A stretch of DNA of 33,650 nucleotides, taken from a virus. Taxonomy: Duplodnaviria > Caudoviricetes. Under the pieces are notes generated by a model. The model saw only the letters and a list, made by a program, of their open reading frames with translations, did no database searches and was not told the DNA's origin. Positions 23,720 to 32,081 of the stretch are shown here, piece by piece; within the stretch, counting starts at the first letter, position 1, and every line of letters starts with the position of its first letter. The position numbers and the translations under genes are program-made. The stretch spans positions 1-33,650 of IMG/VR virus record IMGVR_UViG_3300020120_000350; one strand, 5' to 3'.

Positions 23720-25523
23720 CGTTTCCTTCGCCTTCAGGCGCCTGGCCTGGAATTGCGATGAAGAACTTCTTTTTCTTCGGACGGTTCGCGTTGTCTTTCG
23801 AGGTTGCGCTGGCACGGGCCATGATCTGGGCGACGATGTTGTCTATGTTGTCGCGTCCCTTCGACTTGTCGGGCATTTTTAGTTTGCTCAAGGGATTCAC
23901 CCTCCAGCGAAGGTTTGCGACCTGCCAGCGGACCACGGGATTGCGATCGTGTTCATACTCTCGGCCCTCCACCATCAGCGCCCAGCTGTCGCAGGGCTCG
24001 TTCATCTTGATGGGAGTCTGCGGAAATGCGCCCAGCTTCTCCTCGTCAAAACCCTCCTCGATCAGCGTGGAAATGATGTCGCCTGCGTGCGCGGCGTCGT
24101 AGAAAAGCTCGCGGATGTTGAACTGCTTCGAGAGCGTCAAGATGTCGGCCGCGATCTGGCGTTTATCGATCAGCTCGCCGAGGGCGCCGTCAGTGGCCGT
24201 AACAAAGCCATCGTCAACCCAGCGGTCGTAAGGAACGCGCTTGCGTTTGACGCGCGCCTGAATGTTTTTCCGCGGGATCCACGAATAATCCAGCGATCGC
24301 CACTTTTCGCCTTCATTCGCCGGCGGGAACAAGAGGCACAACGCAGAGGGATCGCCCTTGCTGGAGGGATCGAGTGCGGCAAAACAGTCTCTGCCTGCGA
24401 GCTGCAGGATGCTCTCTTCGCGCAGAGCCTTAGGAGATCGCGTGAGGTCGCGCGCGCAGGCGTCCCACTTATCAATTTCGACGGCCGGATCGTCGGCTTC
24501 CTGCGACCAGATGTTCAGTCCAAAGCGCTTCCAGATGCCCAGCTCCCCCGGCTTACCCTTTGCCTCGTCGTATTCGGCGCGGAGCTTGGCAATGTCAAAG
24601 AGAAAACCATCTTTGACCGGTCCCATCGACGGGTTGGCCTTGTACCAGTTGCGTTCGTCCTTGTAATCGTCCTTTTCATCGAGCGTGTAAAAGAACGGAA
24701 GGAATTCTTCGTCCTCGGTCTCGTCATTGGGATCGAGGACCTTGAGGCCGTACTCGTATTCTTCAAAGCAGGGAAGAGTAGTGTTAGCCGAGTCGCCCGC
24801 CGTAGAGATCTCGACCATTAAAGGCTGCTTCCGTGTGCGGCCGCCGTAACGCAGAACGGAGTAGAGACCTTGTTTGGTCTTCCAGCGGTGTAGTTCGTCG
24901 AGAATGCAATGCGAAACGATGGAGCCGTCTTCAGAATCCGCGTCGCGCGCCATCACTGACAGGCGAGATCCAGTCTCCTTAACGTAGAGAGCGAGGACCT
25001 GCTTGTCGTCGGTCTTGCCTCCCGATTGAGAAATCAGATCTTTCAGCGCCGGCGACTTCTTGCGCATGAGCACGGCTTCGGTCATGCAGACCTTGCCCTG
25101 CTTCTTGGTAGTGGCCGCGATGAATACCCTGGCCGAAAGCTCGCCATCTGCGACGAGGAAGATGATCGCGAGAGCTGCAGCCAGCGCGGTTTTGCCGTTT
25201 TTCTTGGCGATTAACAAGAGAGTCCGCCTGAACCTGCGAGTGTCATCCGCTTTTCGCTTCCAGCCGAACAGGATCGCGATCCACGTCTTTTCCCAGTCGA
25301 GCAATCTCATTGGTTCGTCACTCTCGGACGGCGTAATAAACGTCTCGATGAATTCGATGGGCAGCTGCGCGGCTTCTTCATCGAAATAGAAAGGGAAATT
25401 CTTGTGCTTCTGCTTTGCGAGATCCGAGCGATGGCGGTCAATGGCGCGCCGGATGCTGCGGCCAACCGTGATGCGGCCTTTAACGACATTGTCGATGTAC
25501 CGTGCGACTGCCTTGTCGAGCAT
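23706..25523 (-). CDS. terL: Terminase large subunit
   Basis: RRFR, Walker A IAKKNGKT, Walker B ILDELH, ISTAG, W.KANPS, C-terminal nuclease acidic residues (ALD, ID). Confidence 0.95.
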   Translation of the reverse strand: MLDKAVARYIDNVVKGRITVGRSIRRAIDRHRSDLAKQKHKNFPFYFDEEAAQLPIEFIETFITPSESDEPMRLLDWEKTWIAILFGWKRKADDTRRFRRTLLLIAKKNGKTALAAALAIIFLVADGELSARVFIAATTKKQGKVCMTEAVLMRKKSPALKDLISQSGGKTDDKQVLALYVKETGSRLSVMARDADSEDGSIVSHCILDELHRWKTKQGLYSVLRYGGRTRKQPLMVEISTAGDSANTTLPCFEEYEYGLKVLDPNDETEDEEFLPFFYTLDEKDDYKDERNWYKANPSMGPVKDGFLFDIAKLRAEYDEAKGKPGELGIWKRFGLNIWSQEADDPAVEIDKWDACARDLTRSPKALREESILQLAGRDCFAALDPSSKGDPSALCLLFPPANEGEKWRSLDYSWIPRKNIQARVKRKRVPYDRWVDDGFVTATDGALGELIDKRQIAADILTLSKQFNIRELFYDAAHAGDIISTLIEEGFDEEKLGAFPQTPIKMNEPCDSWALMVEGREYEHDRNPVVRWQVANLRWRVNPLSKLKMPDKSKGRDNIDNIVAQIMARASATSKDNANRPKKKKFFIAIPGQAPEGEGNDANS

Positions 25524-25535
25524 TGCATGTGAATT

Positions 25536-25573
25536 CAGAAAGTGAGGTGGCGATCGTTGCCGATCGCCACCTC
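25536..25573 (-). terminator. Hairpin/terminator between capsid and terL genes
   Basis: 13-bp perfect stem GAGGTGGCGATCG-GCAA-CGATCGCCACCTC then ACTTTCT. Confidence 0.75.
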
Positions 25574-25591
25574 TTTGCTGGGGAGGGACAA

Positions 25592-27031
25592 CTAGCTCAG
25601 TGTGACCTGGCGAAGCGCGTCCTGGTTGCGGACCAGGGCGCCAGAGCGCCGGTAGCCGAACACTTTGATGATTCCATCACCGAACTGCGTGATGTCATCG
25701 ACCTTCACCAGGATCGCGGAGTTGTTGCGGTCGCCGATGATGAAGCCCAGTTTGAAATTGCCGAAACAGGTAGCGTCGTGAGCGGTGGGCGGAGATCCCG
25801 CTGTCTTTGCGCCCTTCATGCGGCTGGAATACCGAACTGGGTAGCCGTGAAAGAAATCGCGCAATACGCCATCTAGTGGGTCAATTTCTCTGGTCCAGTA
25901 AGGAAGGAACTGGTTGGCATCGATCTGCGCTTTGCGGATGGCAAAACCGGTAGTCTTGTCCATCAGCCACGAAGAACCGTTGTCGTACTTGGTTGGCTGA
26001 GCAGCAATCACATCCAGAAAGCTTTCCGGAGATGCGACGGCCACAGGGGTTGCAGTGTAGGGGGTGGCGCCGGCGGTTGGATCGAGCAGCACGCCGCTGT
26101 AGCTGGTTTCTTCAGCTTCGAGGACGGCGCGGCTGATATCGTCCTGCACAAACGACTGCAGGTAGCCGATATCCTGCAGGGATTCGATCGATGCAGGAAT
26201 GTAGTTGCCGATCATGGCCGCGCTCAAGGTTTTGAGCACGATGGTCGGGTTGGTAGCGGCGAAGCTGTGAGTTCCGCCAGTTGTGGACTGCTGTTTTACA
26301 GCAGCCGTCGACCGGGTCACTTCGCAGGGGATCTTGATATCGTTCTGCGTGGGAGTTACGAAGGCCAGCTGCCGCAACGCCATGTTGGTAGGCGCCAGCG
26401 GAATGACGGAATCTTCGAACACGATCGGCGCGACAACTCCGCCCTCAGCTGAATCTGCATCAGCACCTTCAAACAGCAGGTCGTTGCGGACGGACCCGAG
26501 CTTTGAGAAGTTGCGATAGAAAGCTTCGCGATACTCTTCGCTCAGTTTGACGGAGCCGAACTTCGGCTTCGCCTGCCCTGGTACGACGGGCTGAGACGTG
26601 GCCATAGCCAGCTTGGCGCGCTCGGTTGCGATGGCAGTGTGACGGTCAATCTGCAGCGAGATGTCTTTAATGGCATTCTCGTGCTTTTTGAACTCTTCGT
26701 CTTCAGCTGCGGTTAGTTGGCGCTTAGCCGACTCAGCTGAATTGAGAATCGCCTCCTGCGCGTTCAATAGCTCGACTTTTTGCTTGTTAAGGTTCTTCAG
26801 CACGGGCGACGTTAGGCCCATGACGGCGAAGTGCGTGGAGTGATGGTTGTGATCGAACGAACCCGAAGCGTGCGAGGCAACTATTCCCACAAGTGCCAGC
26901 ACAGCGACAGGCGCAACGAGACTCGCGAACCGGTAGGTAATGCCTGCCAGCCAGCGAGCTCCACCGAAATGCTCACGAAAGCGAGCCACGGATTTGCGCT
27001 CGCCTGCGCGTAGATATTTTTTGATCTTCAT
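25592..27031 (-). CDS. Major capsid protein, HK97 fold, with N-terminal hydrophobic extension
   Basis: Coiled-coil delta domain, EGG..AP, S.E.LQD, G.PV..S..M, FGNF; AAGGAG RBS before ATG 27031. Confidence 0.9.
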   Translation of the reverse strand: MKIKKYLRAGERKSVARFREHFGGARWLAGITYRFASLVAPVAVLALVGIVASHASGSFDHNHHSTHFAVMGLTSPVLKNLNKQKVELLNAQEAILNSAESAKRQLTAAEDEEFKKHENAIKDISLQIDRHTAIATERAKLAMATSQPVVPGQAKPKFGSVKLSEEYREAFYRNFSKLGSVRNDLLFEGADADSAEGGVVAPIVFEDSVIPLAPTNMALRQLAFVTPTQNDIKIPCEVTRSTAAVKQQSTTGGTHSFAATNPTIVLKTLSAAMIGNYIPASIESLQDIGYLQSFVQDDISRAVLEAEETSYSGVLLDPTAGATPYTATPVAVASPESFLDVIAAQPTKYDNGSSWLMDKTTGFAIRKAQIDANQFLPYWTREIDPLDGVLRDFFHGYPVRYSSRMKGAKTAGSPPTAHDATCFGNFKLGFIIGDRNNSAILVKVDDITQFGDGIIKVFGYRRSGALVRNQDALRQVTLS

Positions 27032-27132
27032 GATCGTTAACTCCTTGAATTGTGGAATGGGTGTAACAGCGCGTCGGCTGTGGCCTTTGCGGTGAATCAT
27101 TGGCTGGCGCTCAGTGGAGCTTCAGCCCAAAG

Positions 27133-27528
27133 TCATTTGTGAGATCCTGCGAACCTCGAATCTTCGAGAGCAGTCTTGCGATCGTGATCGGCTTTGCACG
27201 CACCACGGCAGCGATCGGGATTAAAGAACTCAGCTTCTCCGAAACGTTCAACGATCTCGCGCGAACTTAATGGGAAGTGATCAGCGATGGCGGATGCTTT
27301 GCTGCCTCCGCACAATATTGCGATCGTGCACAGCGGATCCCGCCGCAGGACCAGAAGCCGCGTGCGCGCCCAGCGCCGATCGCGGTACAGCTTGCGAATG
27401 GGATCATCAGATCGGCGAGCATCGAAGGCCTGGCGCTGGACAGTCTCTGTGTTGGCGTGGGTGTGATCAGGGCAATAGCTGCTGCGCGTCTTGCGGTAGC
27501 AGCCGGCCTGACGGCAAACTTTCAGCAT
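27133..27528 (-). CDS. HNH endonuclease (HK97 gp74-like packaging cofactor), divergent
   Basis: C...GC......YC..H, Y...RW...R..VL.RDPLC, DH, C...H.RKT. Confidence 0.8.
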   Translation of the reverse strand: MLKVCRQAGCYRKTRSSYCPDHTHANTETVQRQAFDARRSDDPIRKLYRDRRWARTRLLVLRRDPLCTIAILCGGSKASAIADHFPLSSREIVERFGEAEFFNPDRCRGACKADHDRKTALEDSRFAGSHK

Positions 27529-27935
27529 GGCTTGGTGTTTGTCGGCTTGGCGCGATTAAGGAACTTCGCCAGCTGGTTTTCTTTCTGCTCATCCACCTTG
27601 ACCTTGCTGCGGTCGGAAGGCGTCATGCCGAAACGCGAGAACAGCGAGATCATCTGGCTGCGCTCAGCGCTGTCGATCCACGAGTTGCGGTCCGCATAGA
27701 TAAGCCGGACCAGGCTTTCAAACGCCGGCGCGTCGGAAAGCTTGAGAACGCCAGGCCGCAAGTAGCCTTTAATCTCAAACCACACTTCTTTCAGGCGCTG
27801 ATCCAGATTCTCGCGCGGAGATTCGAGATCCGGCGCTGCTTCAAGTGCTTCACTGCCTTCGCGCGCGCGCTCAGGATGCTTTAAGAAGGCGCCGCGTGCG
27901 TCCAGCTCAGCGGTTGGTGTTCTCGGACGTGCCAT
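27522..27935 (-). CDS. terS: Terminase small subunit (P27-like)
   Basis: MARPRTPT......G, P...L......W, FGMTPSDRSKV. Confidence 0.88.
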   Translation of the reverse strand: MARPRTPTAELDARGAFLKHPERAREGSEALEAAPDLESPRENLDQRLKEVWFEIKGYLRPGVLKLSDAPAFESLVRLIYADRNSWIDSAERSQMISLFSRFGMTPSDRSKVKVDEQKENQLAKFLNRAKPTNTKPC

Positions 27936-27954
27936 TTTTATAAATTTGTGAAAA

Positions 27955-28040
27955 ACGTTGAATTTTGGGGTTGCACGCCAAAATGTTCAGCGGCGGTCTC
28001 AGGCATCGGCCATCGCAGAGATTTCGACCTGCCGGCCCTG
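27955..28040 (-). other. Putative cos packaging site
   Basis: Immediately upstream of terS: GGCAGGTCGAAATCTCTG...GAGACCGCCGCTG...CGTGCAACCCCAAAATT, a layout resembling HK97-type 3' cos regions. Confidence 0.55.
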
Positions 28041-28715
28041 CTTTGCAAAGGCTTGGTGGTAAAGGCTTTTGAGCTGATCGACAAGGGCAGCATGGTTCGC
28101 GCAGATGTCAGTGAACATCGAGCGCTCTTTTACCCTGTAATGGAACAGCGGTTCATCGATCACTTCTGCCTCGTACCCACGTGACAGAATGTCTATCCAC
28201 AGTGCCCAATCCTCGAAACCGTTTACCATCCTGCCCGGATATCCGCCGCAATCAATAAATGCAAAACGCTTTATAAGTGAGCACACAGGGATGCAGTTCT
28301 CTCGGATGATGCGATCAAGTGTCGGCTTTGGCGGATCCCACGTGCCGCCTCTCAATCCGAAGTAGGCGAGCTTCGCCGCAACGATCGCCACATTCCCGCG
28401 CATGAGAGGGATCGTCTTTTCAAGGAAGGTAGGATCGATATAGTCGTCGGCGTCGAGAGGCAGCAGCACGTCGCCTGTGGAAGCCAGGGCGCCTGAGTTG
28501 CGCGCGTTCGGAAGTCCTCCGTTGACCTTGTTGATGATCTTTACATTCGATCGGCCGATTGCCCAGATCTTTGCCACGTCCAGCGCGTTGTCAGTAGATC
28601 CGTCATTGACGATGATCACCTCAGTGTCGCGGTGAGTCTGCTTTACGGCAGACTCGATTGCCGTGCCAAGATATTCCGCTTGGTTATAGACGGGAATGAT
28701 GATCGACGCTTTCAA
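27999..28715 (-). CDS. Glycosyltransferase family 2
   Basis: SIIIPVYN...YL..AIES...QT, VNDGSTD, NGGL..ARN.G, LDADD, EDW; TTGA overlap. Confidence 0.95.
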   Translation of the reverse strand: MKASIIIPVYNQAEYLGTAIESAVKQTHRDTEVIIVNDGSTDNALDVAKIWAIGRSNVKIINKVNGGLPNARNSGALASTGDVLLPLDADDYIDPTFLEKTIPLMRGNVAIVAAKLAYFGLRGGTWDPPKPTLDRIIRENCIPVCSLIKRFAFIDCGGYPGRMVNGFEDWALWIDILSRGYEAEVIDEPLFHYRVKERSMFTDICANHAALVDQLKSLYHQAFAKQGRQVEISAMADA

Positions 28716-29416
28716 TTCAAATACTCCCGCTTCAGCTGCTCAAACAGCGATTGCTGCGGATAATCCGCGTCTTTGTCGAGGTTGTTCTGTCGCCACATCT
28801 CATTCCACAGGTGCACGGCGTAGCTGTTGTTCAGTCCGAACGTTGTCTTCACCATCAGAGCCGCGTCCCACCAGGGCACAGGGCAAAATGTCTTTGGCGC
28901 TTTCACGAACTGCTGAAGCTTGAACTCGCCGACTAGCTGCTGCAGCAGCTGCGGCCAGATCTCGCTCCATCCAGCTGTCGCCACATTGGTGCGCGCGATT
29001 CTCAGCAACGCTTCCAGCAGCATTTCGCATCCGCGCGGCACGCGGATTGTTCCACAGTTCACGTGCAGCTTGCCGTTCTCCCGCTGCAACGCCTCTGAAG
29101 AGAACACGTGTTCTTCGGTGAACTCAAACGGCCGCAGGCAAACCGCGTCAGTGTCGGTCCACCATCCGCCATGCTTGAACAGCAGGCAGTACCTGAAGAA
29201 GTCGCTGAAGTTGGCGATGCAGCGGAATTGCTTAATCGAATAAGGAGAAACGATCTCCGCGGCATCTTTGATCACGACGCCTGAAGGAACTCCCTCCACG
29301 TGGCCATAGGTGTAGAGGTGGTAATCGTGGCCGTGATACTGGTAGGACCTGATGCTCAGCTGCTCAAGCTTCGAGAGCCGGTCGCCAACCCACAAACTCT
29401 GCATCGGCTCACGCAT
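28712..29416 (-). CDS. DxD glycosyltransferase (GT32 / alpha-1,4-GT-like)
   Basis: SLWVG..LS.LE..SI.S, FSDFFRY.LL...GGWW.DTD..CLRP, SYAVHLWNE. Confidence 0.88.
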   Translation of the reverse strand: MREPMQSLWVGDRLSKLEQLSIRSYQYHGHDYHLYTYGHVEGVPSGVVIKDAAEIVSPYSIKQFRCIANFSDFFRYCLLFKHGGWWTDTDAVCLRPFEFTEEHVFSSEALQRENGKLHVNCGTIRVPRGCEMLLEALLRIARTNVATAGWSEIWPQLLQQLVGEFKLQQFVKAPKTFCPVPWWDAALMVKTTFGLNNSYAVHLWNEMWRQNNLDKDADYPQQSLFEQLKREYLN

Positions 29417-30119
29417 GTGGGCAGCAAGATCCTTCCCCAACGAGATATAAGCCTTCCTCAATCAATCCGCCGATCGCGAACCTGGATTCGTTCAGGTCAG
29501 ACAGGAACTCGGCCGGCAGGCCTGCGACTGGGAACTTCGACCAGTTGTGTCCAGTCACGCATTTCGGGCAGGTATTGTTCGCATGGAGCCCTGCGACAAA
29601 TAGCCGAGGGTTGGCCAGATCGAGCTTTTTTCCGCGCGAGTGCCTCTGCCACAAATAATCAACGCCGTGTGTCGTCGGCTGGAACTTGCAGCGCTCCCAG
29701 ACTGCGCGCTTAAATGCCAGTCCTCCCAGCCAGTCGCCGTCGCCGCGGTAAAGATGAGCTTCGTTTGACCGCGCGTCGAAGTAGTAGAGCAGCGACGTGC
29801 CGGTGAAGTCAGGGTACTTAAGAGATGCGTCGCTAAACTGGGCAGAATCGCGTCCGAACGCCAGCGGAGAAACCTGCTCGAAAACTCGCGTGCGCGAGTG
29901 CCAGTCGTCGTCATCCATCAGCACGAAGAAATCGGCGCGCGAGCGCTCGACCATGCGGTTGATCTTTTCGCCCAGAGTTTTTTCCGTGTCGGCGTCGATG
30001 CTCAGCGAAACCTGCCAGTCCTCGGGAACGGCCTGCTGGGTGAAAGATGCTATCGCGCGTTGGCGAAGTGCGTCACGCGCGGGAAGCGTGGGCATCAGGC
30101 AATCAACGCGAATGGTCAA
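29409..30119 (-). CDS. Glycosyltransferase, GT-A fold (GT2-like)
   Basis: CLMPT, AI.SF..Q, LGEK.N, MDDDDW, W....F....G.D, H..NT; TTG start overlapping upstream stop. Confidence 0.85.
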   Translation of the reverse strand: MTIRVDCLMPTLPARDALRQRAIASFTQQAVPEDWQVSLSIDADTEKTLGEKINRMVERSRADFFVLMDDDDWHSRTRVFEQVSPLAFGRDSAQFSDASLKYPDFTGTSLLYYFDARSNEAHLYRGDGDWLGGLAFKRAVWERCKFQPTTHGVDYLWQRHSRGKKLDLANPRLFVAGLHANNTCPKCVTGHNWSKFPVAGLPAEFLSDLNESRFAIGGLIEEGLYLVGEGSCCPHA

Positions 30120-30301
30120 CGCAGAAACTCCGCTATCTCTTTTCGTTGTTCGGCAGGGCAAAAGGTGAGGTGTGCGTCTTTCATGCGGTTCACTTTGCGG
30201 CCGAGTCCGTTCACGTCACGCCGCAGCTGCTTCAGCATTGCCCAGGCCACGCCAGCGGAGAACACCACGCTTACTGCGGCAATGATGAGCTTCTCGATCA
30301 T
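30116..30301 (-). CDS. Small TM + coiled-coil protein (61 aa)
   Basis: LIIAAVSVVFSAGVAWAML then basic heptads; overlapping junctions on both sides. Confidence 0.7.
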   Translation of the reverse strand: MIEKLIIAAVSVVFSAGVAWAMLKQLRRDVNGLGRKVNRMKDAHLTFCPAEQRKEIAEFLR

Positions 30302-30498
30302 CTTCCTCGTAACACCGCGAGCATCTCATCGTCGGAAAGCCTGAGAGTATCCGCGGCAAAGGCCAGGGCCTGCGCTGTGTTCTCAAAGTTGTGCACAGCC
30401 TGCGCTTTCTTTCCTTTGATCTCGTAGGCAATCACGATTTTGCGGATCTCGCCTTCTGACTCAAGCACGGCGCGGAGCTGATCGCGGACGTTTTTCAT
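30298..30498 (-). CDS. Hypothetical protein (66 aa)
   Basis: ATGA overlaps on both sides. Confidence 0.7.
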   Translation of the reverse strand: MKNVRDQLRAVLESEGEIRKIVIAYEIKGKKAQAVHNFENTAQALAFAADTLRLSDDEMLAVLRGR

Positions 30499-30926
30499 CT
30501 GGCCATCGACGGCCAGCTGCCGTGCGCAACCGGAGCCTGGTCATCAAATATGTGTGGGTAGAGCAGGACCTTTTCCTGCGACATTGCAATGAAAGCGCCA
30601 GGATGACGAATTCCGTCGTCGACGATGCCGACGTTCGCCTGCATCTCTTCAAATGAGATCGCGCAAGGCGAATCCTGGCTCGATCGCCTGGTCACTCTAT
30701 ATGGAGTGAAGGCCCTCTGGGTCGCAGGCGCGGTCCTAAAGAACAGGAATGCGCTGCCGTTGTTGATGAACCGGCCGATTTTTTGCCGCTTCAGCTCGCG
30801 GACCTCTGAGCGCGGCAATATCCTCGTGGGCCTCTCCCACGAAGTGTCCTGCCCCTTATAGAAGCAGGGAACCACATCATTTTTAGGCATGGCGTTGTGA
30901 GACGGACGGGTGTGTATCTTCCTCAA
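30495..30926 (-). CDS. Hypothetical protein
   Basis: 143-aa ORF coupled to downstream gene; start uncertain. Confidence 0.6.
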   Translation of the reverse strand: MRKIHTRPSHNAMPKNDVVPCFYKGQDTSWERPTRILPRSEVRELKRQKIGRFINNGSAFLFFRTAPATQRAFTPYRVTRRSSQDSPCAISFEEMQANVGIVDDGIRHPGAFIAMSQEKVLLYPHIFDDQAPVAHGSWPSMAR

Positions 30927-31028
30927 GCGTTTACATCAGTTCGCAAGAGGCTGGGATTGTGCTTTGGTTGCCGGGCAACGACCGGCTTAAACATCATCAG
31001 TGTAGGGAATTGCCGCGCCAGTAGTGAG

Positions 31029-31238
31029 TTACGAAAGTTCGGAGGGCTTTTTGTGGCGCCGCGGGCGTCGCGATGGCGTGGAGGGCTTCAGGGATAGAGT
31101 TGGGGCTTTAGGAGCGATCTGCGGCTTGGGTATTTCGCAGGAGTGGCGCTCGCCAGACCTTACCAGTTCGCCGCAGAGTGGGCAGTTCATTTCCAGGCCG
31201 ACGACGAACAGATAACACTTCGCGTAGCTGGCGCTCAA
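31029..31238 (-). CDS. Small basic Zn-finger protein
   Basis: CPLCG......HSC motif; TTG start overlaps upstream stop (alternative ATG 31190). Confidence 0.55.
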   Translation of the reverse strand: MSASYAKCYLFVVGLEMNCPLCGELVRSGERHSCEIPKPQIAPKAPTLSLKPSTPSRRPRRHKKPSELS

Positions 31239-31471
31239 ACTCGGCCTCGCGCTTTGATTTCGGCCTTGACTGTTTCGCTCGGCTCGTAGCGCGGGTATTT
31301 TGCGCGGAGCCGGATCAGCAACGGCCGCAACAGCGGATAATTCTCCCAATCTGCGACGAGCGCAGCTCGCGCGATCGCAGAGACGAATCCGCCGCCATCC
31401 TGATTTGCTTTCGCCAGCCATTCCAGCAATTCCGGATCGTCTTCTTGGGCGATGATGTTTCCTTCTCTCAT
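31235..31471 (-). CDS. Hypothetical protein (78 aa)
   Basis: AAGGAG RBS before ATG 31471; GGGFVSAIA.A...AD.EN...L.P motif. Confidence 0.7.
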   Translation of the reverse strand: MREGNIIAQEDDPELLEWLAKANQDGGGFVSAIARAALVADWENYPLLRPLLIRLRAKYPRYEPSETVKAEIKARGRV

Positions 31472-31496
31472 AACGCTCTCCTTTCCGTTCTCCACA

Positions 31497-32081
31497 TCAG
31501 CATGTAGCCAGTGCAGAGGTGCTCGCCGCCGTCGAGGCGGCGAGCACCTCGAGCAGAATTTCGGCGAGATAGGCGCGATAGGCGAGATAGGCGCGATAGG
31601 CGAGATCGGCGAGATAGGCGCGATAGGAGAGATCGGCGAGATCAATGGCTTCGCCCTTGATCGCTTTTCTCAGCGCCTCAGCGATCTCTTCGCCGATTTG
31701 TTTCGTCTTCGCATCTTTGATTCGCGGAAGCAGCCCTCGGGTTTCATCGGTGAGCAACGCAAGAACAAAACGCTTGTTGATGTGCGTGGCTCTGAGGTCC
31801 ACACCCACAGGGATGGCCTCGAGAAAACGCTCCGGCCACATCATTGCCTGGCCGTTCGAAAGTGACTCGAAGATTCGATCTTCAAGGTACGCGAGCTCGA
31901 CGGGAATGCCGAGTTCCGCCTCGTAATCCTGATGACGGCCGCTGTGGATGGTGCATCCGACGGCGCAGCCTTTGCCGTCCTCCCAATAAACGCCCTTGAC
32001 CATCTGGTCTGCAAGCCGATGCGCCCGCACCTGGGCGATCCGCTGGTCCTTTAACTCCTGCTTTCCATGAAACGTCAACAT
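31497..32081 (-). CDS. Phage hypothetical protein with tripeptide-repeat C-terminus
   Basis: AH..AD....G.YW..GKGCAVGC, LGIP..LA.LED.IFE, FL.AIPVG.DL; A(Y/D)(L/R) repeats. Confidence 0.8.
   Translation of the reverse strand: MLTFHGKQELKDQRIAQVRAHRLADQMVKGVYWEDGKGCAVGCTIHSGRHQDYEAELGIPVELAYLEDRIFESLSNGQAMMWPERFLEAIPVGVDLRATHINKRFVLALLTDETRGLLPRIKDAKTKQIGEEIAEALRKAIKGEAIDLADLSYRAYLADLAYRAYLAYRAYLAEILLEVLAASTAASTSALATC
31562..31642. repeat. 9-bp tandem repeat, 9 copies
   Basis: Units (A/C)GGCG(A/C)GAT, one variant AGGAGAGAT. Confidence 0.95.

Noticed and set aside
31562-31642. Possible CRISPR array
   Set aside because: Contiguous 9-bp units with no spacers, in frame within a CDS; no cas genes
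31472-31645. ISPIAP-repeat N-terminus of ORF 31235-31645 and GEIGAI-repeat ORF 31452-31865
   Set aside because: Alternative-frame readings of the 9-bp repeat; the true start with RBS is at 31471
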